A DNA stretch of 12,510 bases, from contig DAOWGI010000077.1 of assembly GCA_030637655.1 (NCBI GenBank), positions 1 to 12,510 of the forward strand, read 5' to 3'. Shown in pieces: positions 6,285 through 12,510 of the stretch. The stretch is from a candidate division FCPU426 bacterium (lineage in GTDB: Bacteria; Oederibacteriota; JAAXVQ01; JAUVAV01). Position 1 is the first letter of the stretch, and each line of letters begins with the position of its first letter. Both the position numbers and the translations under genes were made by a program. The notes beneath the pieces were generated by a model. That model ran no database searches and had not been told where the DNA came from. It worked only from the letters and a program-made list of their open reading frames with translations.

Positions 6285-9200
6285 GGCAGGATTTTTTTTA
6301 AATTTTCAAGGCGTTTTCCGGCAATCGAGTTATCCGGTTCCAGGGCCAGAACCTCTTGATATTGGTGTTTGGCTTCCTCCCATTTCCCCTGGCTCTCCAG
6401 CACATGGCCTAAATTGTGATGGATGATAACCCAATTCAAGGACAAAAGCTCCAGTTCATATTTGCCCTGCGCGTTAGGAGAGAGAATTTTCACTTCCAAA
6501 GCCCTTAAAAAATTAGCTCGAGCGCTCTCAAAATCACCCCTCATTTCCTGAGCCACTCCCAAATTGCTCAAAGCAGCTGCATAATTCGGCTCTAATTTAA
6601 GTGCCTGCATCCAGGCTCGTTCCGCAGCACTCATCCGGTTGGCATTACGCAGAAGATTTCCCAATTCAAAATAAAGCAGCGCTTTTTTGGGCGATTTTTC
6701 AATCCCCAACCGATATTGCCTTTCTGCCAGGTCATATTGGTGTTGCTGGTCCTGTTCTGGAATCCGGGCTGCTTTAAGACCGTACAGAGTTCCCATATGC
6801 CTATGTATAAAAGCATCCAGAGAATTAAGTACCAGGGCCTTTTTAAAGGCCCACTCGGAAAGTTGGAACCAGTTCTCAGCGTCCACCACGGCATATAAAT
6901 CCACCCATATCTGTCCCAATTGATCATACGCGTGTGAGGAAAAAGGATGAACTGAAAGAGCACGCTGAAATTCACGATCCGCTGCTTTGAGATCTTGCTT
7001 GTACCTGTGCGCAGTACCCAGATTTTCCAGATACCGACTGATCAAGGGTCGAATGCTCGCTGTGGCCGTGGCTACCAGTACAAATAAAAGCAGCACTAAA
7101 ACCGGTTGCCTGCTTACTGCCTGTAAACGCCCCAACCAGGCACCGATATCCAACCAGGACTTATCCTCTTGACGCGTACGAACCGCCGGCATAACTGCAA
7201 TACCAAGCAGAATCATGTACCAGACAAACAAGGCGGGTGGATGCCAATTAAAATCGACCAAGCCTTGGGCCAGACCACCAACAATAGCGCACCAGGCAAC
7301 CATCCTGGCTTTGCCATCCTCGATTTCCGCTTCCGTGTTTTCCGGACTAGTGGTTCGAATTTGTCTCCGCATGTAAATAAAGAGTAACCAGAGCAACCAG
7401 AGTACAATCAATCCTCCGGGTAAACCAATGACCGCCATGAGGTGCAAAAATTCATTATGGGCAAATTGTGCCTGTTTACCATAGCGTGAAAGACCCCTGA
7501 CATTCGGAAAATTATAGCGTTCAAAAGCGTGTTTGAAATTTCCCGGCCCAAACCCGGTGATGGGACGGTTGCCAATCATTTGAACTGCTGAGTTGGCCAG
7601 CTGGAAACGCTCGTAGAGTTGACCGTGATAATTCCGGATGTCGGATAAGCGCCCACCGGTTTGAAAAGGCAATAAAAAAATCAGCACGACCATCAGGGCC
7701 AGAGCCAATAGCGCGAACTTAAAATAATTCGGTTGACGTCTCCGAATCCAGAACAACAGTACTACACTGCCGGCAAAAATATTAAGCACACCTCCGATGG
7801 AACCGGTGGCCAAGAGCGCGAAAAAGAGCAACAAGGTTACAAACGCGTACAGGAGTCGTCGTTTGGAATTAGTCGCGGCAAAAATGAAATTTACTAAACT
7901 GCCTAAAAAACCCATGGCCAGCATGGCAGCCAGGAGATTGGCATTAGGCCAATTGGCCGTCACTCGAATCGCTGAATTGGCGGCAGATTGAAATAAAGCA
8001 ATGATCGCAAGCCCGGTAGCGCTGAAAATCATGATGCGTGTGAGTATGACACCGGAACGTGAAACCCAAACAGTCAGACAATATATAAGCAGCCCCACCA
8101 ATCCCAAAGTCAGACCTGAAATAGCGCCGGCAGGATGTCCTGACACCAAAGCAGCCAGTACACCCCATACCAACAATACGCCTAGCGGCCACCGTAAAGG
8201 TATACGTTTGATCCATTGCGACCAGGAAGTCAGTGTCTCTATTTTTCCCGCAAAGAATACCAGGAGTAATAAACCGGTGGCCCAATACAAAAGACCTTCC
8301 ACTGGCAAACTTTTACCCCCTTTCCAGAGTACCAGGATACCCAGCAACCCCAGACCCCAGCGCACTAGTTGTCCAAAAGGAGCAGCGGGCATGGCGGGCA
8401 AAACCAGTCGCCGAGTGGCAAATCCCAGAGTAGTACCCAGAAAAAACCAAAACAATAGACTGGTTTTCATAAAATTCAAATCCAGATCAACACACGCATG
8501 CAACAACCCGGTCAGCACTCCTGAAACCAGGCCCAGTGCCACCACCTGCTGCGAACGTGCCAGGCAAGTATTGAAATTTTCGATGAGCTGTTTACCGGCC
8601 AAATATAAGAACCACAAGAAGACACCAAGCCCCAACAAACCGGTTTCGGCAAATTTGTGAACCATAAAATTATGCGCAAAGCGGACATAGTAACCATGTT
8701 CTAATTGGTAATCCGGAAAAACGATACCAAACAGTCCGGGCCCAACACCGGTCAGTAAATGCTCCCAGCCCATGTGCAAGGCACCGGCCCAATTTGCCGT
8801 TCGGGCGGAAAAATCAGCATAGAGATTTTGTGGGCCGCGCAGCCAGCAGAGAACCCCCGCGCCCAAGCCGGCTAAAACACCCCCTGCCAACCAGACTTTC
8901 CAGGTAATCCTATTTCCCGGCTGAAAACGCTTTTGCAGCAGATAAAAATACACGGCCATACCCGCGGTAGCAGCCAGCCACCCACCCAGAGATCCACTGA
9001 CATATAAACCTAAGACCAGAATCACAATACCAAGACAAAAAATCCACGCCTTCCACTGCCGGTTGACTGTCAGCAATAATGAAAAACCAATGGGTAACAA
9101 CATACCAATAAAGCCGGCAAATAAATTGGGGTAGGTGAATAAGGAAAAAGCACGCCTGGACAGTAATCGATTGGCTATTTCTTGTTCTATGGCACCCTGG

Positions 9201-9682
9201 GGTGCTTTCTGAGCAAACACCTGTTGATAGGTATCCAACAAACCAAGCAAGTGTTGATACAGACCGTATGCGGCGAGCAGCACGCCCAACGAAAAAAAAG
9301 CGACCAGTACACTTCGCACACTACGTCGATGGCGGGACAGCATAAAGGTAAGCACAAAGAGCAGCAGATAAGCAAGTTGGTGAGAAACAGGATTAAGGCT
9401 GTGAGCCGGATCCCGTGAGAAAGCGATCACTATTGCTTCCACCAGCACCAGCAGCAACAAAGCCGGACCAAACGTCATTTGGGAAAATTTATCTTGATCA
9501 AAAGCCAGAGCGATCCAGGCCAAGAGGCCGATCAACAAGGTACCCAGTACAAAAAAAGACAATCCTTGTCCTGATACGGACGGCGGCAGCAGAAACAGTA
9601 CCCCCACAAACAGGGCAACGCCCCAATACAAATTTCGACTCATCCACCGGGGATACCAGTGGCTAAGCAGAAGATTTCTCAT
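6281..9682 (-). CDS. Polytopic membrane protein with two tandem O-antigen ligase/O-oligosaccharyltransferase-like (Wzy_C) modules and C-terminal TPR repeats, 1133 aa
   Basis: Module 1: RAFSLFTYPNLFAG, GVGPGLF, FAHNF (H337). Module 2: RVTANWPNANLLA, GFGPGNF, FAHNEFL (H742). Many TM segments. TPR motifs after ~aa 880 (AYDQLG, LYFELG, ALKLEPNYAAALSNLG, HHNLG...LALEPDN). Confidence 0.85.
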   Translation of the reverse strand: MRNLLLSHWYPRWMSRNLYWGVALFVGVLFLLPPSVSGQGLSFFVLGTLLIGLLAWIALAFDQDKFSQMTFGPALLLLVLVEAIVIAFSRDPAHSLNPVSHQLAYLLLFVLTFMLSRHRRSVRSVLVAFFSLGVLLAAYGLYQHLLGLLDTYQQVFAQKAPQGAIEQEIANRLLSRRAFSLFTYPNLFAGFIGMLLPIGFSLLLTVNRQWKAWIFCLGIVILVLGLYVSGSLGGWLAATAGMAVYFYLLQKRFQPGNRITWKVWLAGGVLAGLGAGVLCWLRGPQNLYADFSARTANWAGALHMGWEHLLTGVGPGLFGIVFPDYQLEHGYYVRFAHNFMVHKFAETGLLGLGVFLWFLYLAGKQLIENFNTCLARSQQVVALGLVSGVLTGLLHACVDLDLNFMKTSLLFWFFLGTTLGFATRRLVLPAMPAAPFGQLVRWGLGLLGILVLWKGGKSLPVEGLLYWATGLLLLVFFAGKIETLTSWSQWIKRIPLRWPLGVLLVWGVLAALVSGHPAGAISGLTLGLVGLLIYCLTVWVSRSGVILTRIMIFSATGLAIIALFQSAANSAIRVTANWPNANLLAAMLAMGFLGSLVNFIFAATNSKRRLLYAFVTLLLFFALLATGSIGGVLNIFAGSVVLLFWIRRRQPNYFKFALLALALMVVLIFLLPFQTGGRLSDIRNYHGQLYERFQLANSAVQMIGNRPITGFGPGNFKHAFERYNFPNVRGLSRYGKQAQFAHNEFLHLMAVIGLPGGLIVLWLLWLLFIYMRRQIRTTSPENTEAEIEDGKARMVAWCAIVGGLAQGLVDFNWHPPALFVWYMILLGIAVMPAVRTRQEDKSWLDIGAWLGRLQAVSRQPVLVLLLFVLVATATASIRPLISRYLENLGTAHRYKQDLKAADREFQRALSVHPFSSHAYDQLGQIWVDLYAVVDAENWFQLSEWAFKKALVLNSLDAFIHRHMGTLYGLKAARIPEQDQQHQYDLAERQYRLGIEKSPKKALLYFELGNLLRNANRMSAAERAWMQALKLEPNYAAALSNLGVAQEMRGDFESARANFLRALEVKILSPNAQGKYELELLSLNWVIIHHNLGHVLESQGKWEEAKHQYQEVLALEPDNSIAGKRLENLKKILP

Positions 9683-9688
9683 AGGCCT

Positions 9689-10126
9689 CTATATGGAAAG
9701 AATTGATTTAGCTGCACGCAGCGCCAGTAAATAAGACTCCGCGCCAAACCCCATAATCCGGCCGGCCACTACCCCGGCAATATACGAATGATGACGAAAA
9801 TCTTCACGCGCGTGCACATTGGACATATGCACCTCAATAGCGGGTATGGAAATCGCTTTAACCGCGTCCAAAATGGCCACTGAGGTGTGTGTATACGCAG
9901 CCGGATTGATAATCAAGGCATCCGCCTGTTTGCCTGCTTTTTGAATTTCTTCCACCAGCTCCCCTTCGTGATTGGTCTGTACAATGGTAACTTCCAAATC
10001 CAATTCCCGGGCCTCGGTTCGCATGGCTTGATTGATGTCTTCAAGGCTCTGCGAACCATAAATGTCCGGTTCACGGGTGCCGATCAAATTCAAATTCGGA
10101 CCATGAATAACCATTATCCGATGCAT
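9689..10126 (-). CDS. aroQ: Type II 3-dehydroquinate dehydratase, 145 aa
   Basis: Signature HGPNLNLIGTREPDIYG, plus NHEGELV, INPAAYTHTSVAILDA, EVHMSNVHAREDFRHHS. SD AAGGGG upstream. Confidence 0.97.
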   Translation of the reverse strand: MHRIMVIHGPNLNLIGTREPDIYGSQSLEDINQAMRTEARELDLEVTIVQTNHEGELVEEIQKAGKQADALIINPAAYTHTSVAILDAVKAISIPAIEVHMSNVHAREDFRHHSYIAGVVAGRIMGFGAESYLLALRAAKSILSI

Positions 10127-10168
10127 GAATAATTCCCCTTCGGTTGTTCGTACAATTAAAAATTTACA

Positions 10169-11248
10169 TCACCACAAGAAATCCATGGGATCAACCACAC
10201 GACCATTTTCGTAAATAGTGAAATGCAGGTGCGGACCGGTGACTCGGCCGGTCTTACCGGCCCTGCCAATGAGTTTTCCTTTTTTTACCTTTTGCCCTTT
10301 TCGAACATAGCTTTTATTCAGATGCCCATACACGGTTTTGTATCCATTGTGATGATCGATTTTAATGTACTTCCCAAGGGCGCCGCCCCAGCCGGCAGCT
10401 ATAATTGTCCCACCGGCGGCAGCACCGACCCAAGTATTCATAGGACAGGCAATATCCACCCCATTGTGAAATTTAGAAAAACCCAGTACTGGATGAATTC
10501 GCATTCCTACAAACGAGGTATACCGACCGGCCAAGGGAGATCGAAACAAAGCCCGCTTTGAATACTGTTTATGCATATCCTCGGTAAGCTGCCGTGGTTT
10601 GGCTCCGGGAATAAAAATCCACATCCCGGGAATAACACCCCACGTCTTTGCAATCAGGTTTGCCTGTAAAATCACTTCCTGATCTACCGCGTATTCTAAA
10701 GCAATGGTTTCCAAACGTTCTTGCGCCTGAACTTGATGCAAGGATCCGCCTTGCGAGGGCAACAATACACGCTGGCCTTGATAACAAATTACTTTACGTA
10801 AATACGGATTACAACCCACAATGGAATCAATGGTGTACCCACGCTTTTTGGCAATCTTCCAATAATTATCCCCTAATTTAATCCGATAAATATCAAACGT
10901 GACAAATTGAGGATTCGTAAAACGAGTATAGTCCTGTACCATTTGCAAGTATTTGTCATCCCGGGTATTGACCATACTGAGACTGGCTTCCAACTGATCC
11001 AGAAACCGTACCAATTCAGGTCGTAAATTAAAATCAGTGCCGGAAAAAGCCTGCAAACGCTCGGGCGCAAAATAATGACGTGGTATTTCTTGGGAAGTTA
11101 AACCTACTGATTTCAGCGGCTGTACAGGACTTTTAAGTGCTGCGGCAATGGCAAAAGCACAAAAAATACCGGCAATCCCAAAAATAAATAGATACCGTAA
11201 TGGTCTCAAAAAAAGAAATGATTTTTTAAGGAATACAATAAGCTTCAT
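10169..11248 (-). CDS. LysM-containing M23 family peptidoglycan DD-endopeptidase (MepM/NlpD-like), 359 aa
   Basis: N-terminal TM/signal segment; two LysM repeats (YRIKLGDNYWKIAK, HQVQAQERLETIA); intact M23 zinc motifs HNGVD, YGHL and GPHLHF. Confidence 0.93.
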   Translation of the reverse strand: MKLIVFLKKSFLFLRPLRYLFIFGIAGIFCAFAIAAALKSPVQPLKSVGLTSQEIPRHYFAPERLQAFSGTDFNLRPELVRFLDQLEASLSMVNTRDDKYLQMVQDYTRFTNPQFVTFDIYRIKLGDNYWKIAKKRGYTIDSIVGCNPYLRKVICYQGQRVLLPSQGGSLHQVQAQERLETIALEYAVDQEVILQANLIAKTWGVIPGMWIFIPGAKPRQLTEDMHKQYSKRALFRSPLAGRYTSFVGMRIHPVLGFSKFHNGVDIACPMNTWVGAAAGGTIIAAGWGGALGKYIKIDHHNGYKTVYGHLNKSYVRKGQKVKKGKLIGRAGKTGRVTGPHLHFTIYENGRVVDPMDFLW

Positions 11249-11255
11249 GGCATAA

Positions 11256-11284
11256 ATCTTAGCATGGAATAAAATCCGGGTCTA
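11256..11284 (-). promoter_or_regulatory. Sigma70-type promoter for the M23 gene (TAGACC-N17-TAAGAT with extended TG)
   Basis: -35 TAGACC (11284-11279), 17-nt spacer ending TGC, -10 TAAGAT (11261-11256), and an AT-rich tract upstream. The ATG begins after 7 intervening nt and no SD is present. Confidence 0.6.
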
Positions 11285-11338
11285 GATAAAAAATGATTGT
11301 TTTTAAAGGAAAATTTAGTGTTTTGATTCTTATTGAAC

Positions 11339-11365
11339 AGTAGGGGCTTAGCCTAAGCCCCTACT
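11339..11365. repeat. GTAG-bounded perfect palindrome (REP-like; possible terminator or RNA-stability hairpin)
   Basis: AGTAGGGGCTTAG-C-CTAAGCCCCTACT, 23 nt downstream of the stop at 11389. GTAG reads inward from both ends. Confidence 0.75.
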
Positions 11366-11388
11366 CATAGAAACCACAGGAGTCCGAA

Positions 11389-12510
11389 TTATCTCACAAT
11401 AACGACTTTCCCTCTGCGCGTACCAACATCCGTTTTAATAATATAAATATACAGACCTGAAGCCACGGGTTTGCCCTGTTTATTCTTCAGATCCCAGGAT
11501 GCCCGGTTGCCTGAGTCATCTTTCTCAATCGTACGTACCAAACACCCATCCAGACTGTACAAGCGTATCACAACCTTAGCCGGCAGATTGAAGAAGATCA
11601 TCGCTCCCCGGGTATTGGTATCTGTGCGATAAGGATTGGGGTACGTAATCACATTATTCAGATTGGATGCCGAAATATTGTCCGTTGGTGTGGATGTCAC
11701 TGTGCACGAGATAGTCCCTGTAGAAGTCACGGTCTCGGAAGGTATAATCGTCAAGGTCGGTGTCGCAGTATACGTGGCTGATACAGTACTAGTCACTGAA
11801 ATGGTCGGAGTTATAGTAATGGAAGGCGTAGCTGTGAAAGTCGTCGTTGCTGTACTGGTTGCCGATTGTGTCCTGGTCTGGGTAATAGTAGCTGTTGCAG
11901 TGAAAGTAAAGGTTGGGGTAATGGTATAGGTCGCAGTCGGTGTGAAAGATATAGTGGCAGTTGGACTGATGGTTAAAGTTTCAGTAATAGTCGCAGAATG
12001 CGTTCTGGTCACAGATTGTGTGCGGGTCAATGTCTGTGTAAACGTAGGTGTTGCTGTTGCTGTTGGGGTATATGAAAGTGTTTGAGTAGGGGTGGCTGAT
12101 TCTGTTGAACTTGTGGTCGCTGTGGCTGTAGGTGTCGGTGTATCTGTCACATAAAAATATTCATATATCCGGCTGCTGTCAGAAGCTACAAAAACCGAAT
12201 ATTCCGAAGACCGCACTTGCCCGACCACAATATTCCTCACTTGCCTTGCAGCCGATCGTCCTATGCTGTTGGACGACCAACCGGCTCCATTCCAGGTGTA
12301 TTCCCACACATGACCATTTAAAAAACCGGCATATAGGCGTTGGATTCCATCATTTCTGCCCTTACCCATGGCCAAGCCATGGCAAAAATTATTAAAACCT
12401 CCAGGGCCGCCAATGGCTGTCCTGGTCCAGGATCCATTATATTCATATTCATGTACCACACCGCCGTCCTCACCGCCATACACATATACCGTGGATTCAT
12501 TGTTCCGGCC
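11389..12510 (-). CDS. Secreted protein, C-terminal part: beta-propeller blades, long Thr-rich linker, T9SS type A-like CTD (5'-truncated by the window)
   Basis: The frame stays open from 12510 (GRNNESTVY precedes the track's GTG start). Repeats GRN[ND]...Y.G...G.V.EY.[WY]NG..W; ~155-aa TxT-rich tract (12147-11683); CTD VITYPNPY...IRLYSLDGCLVRTI...WDLKN..G..VASGLYIYII...GKVVIVR. Confidence 0.9.
   Translation of the reverse strand, partial: GRNNESTVYVYGGEDGGVVHEYEYNGSWTRTAIGGPGGFNNFCHGLAMGKGRNDGIQRLYAGFLNGHVWEYTWNGAGWSSNSIGRSAARQVRNIVVGQVRSSEYSVFVASDSSRIYEYFYVTDTPTPTATATTSSTESATPTQTLSYTPTATATPTFTQTLTRTQSVTRTHSATITETLTISPTATISFTPTATYTITPTFTFTATATITQTRTQSATSTATTTFTATPSITITPTISVTSTVSATYTATPTLTIIPSETVTSTGTISCTVTSTPTDNISASNLNNVITYPNPYRTDTNTRGAMIFFNLPAKVVIRLYSLDGCLVRTIEKDDSGNRASWDLKNKQGKPVASGLYIYIIKTDVGTRRGKVVIVR

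Noticed and set aside
7797-8660. Plus-strand ORFs 7797-7991, 8001-8660 and 8233-8433
   Set aside because: Antisense to the well-supported membrane protein, with no family signatures.
11636-11929. 97-aa Val-rich plus-strand ORF
   Set aside because: Antisense shadow of the Thr-rich linker.
12481-12483. GTG start for the 364-aa ORF
   Set aside because: The frame is open to the window edge and continues the GRN repeat, and there is no signal peptide at this GTG, so the true start lies outside the window.

Overview
Bacterial (probably diderm) cell-envelope locus with every gene on the minus strand. In reading order (right to left): a 5'-truncated secreted beta-propeller/Thr-rich protein with a C-terminal sorting domain (CTD); a LysM-M23 peptidase that is probably leaderless; aroQ; a large protein with two tandem O-antigen-ligase/oligosaccharyltransferase-like (Wzy_C) modules plus TPRs; an ECF sigma factor; a zinc-binding (HxxxCxxC) membrane anti-sigma; a secreted 7-repeat beta-propeller/Thr-rich/CTD protein; a PorV-like barrel + 2x FlgD-Ig + OmpA fusion; and the start of a secreted Thr-rich tandem-repeat protein missing from the ORF track. 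The most striking observation is that the extracytoplasmic end of the anti-sigma is itself a T9SS/FlgD-type CTD, aligning without gaps over 92 aa with the CTD of the next gene. This suggests an ECF system that senses CTD-dependent secretion. Intergenic DNA holds three GTAG/REP-like palindromes (one apparently with a nested insertion), a perfect 17-bp inverted repeat with a third half-site, and a (TTAGA)6.8 microsatellite fused to a stop codon. The protein style (TxTPT linkers, YPNP CTDs, PorV-like fusions) recalls FCPU426/Firestonebacteria/Goldbacteria-type lineages, but this is recollection and not demonstrated. All domain calls are by motif inspection, without database searches.
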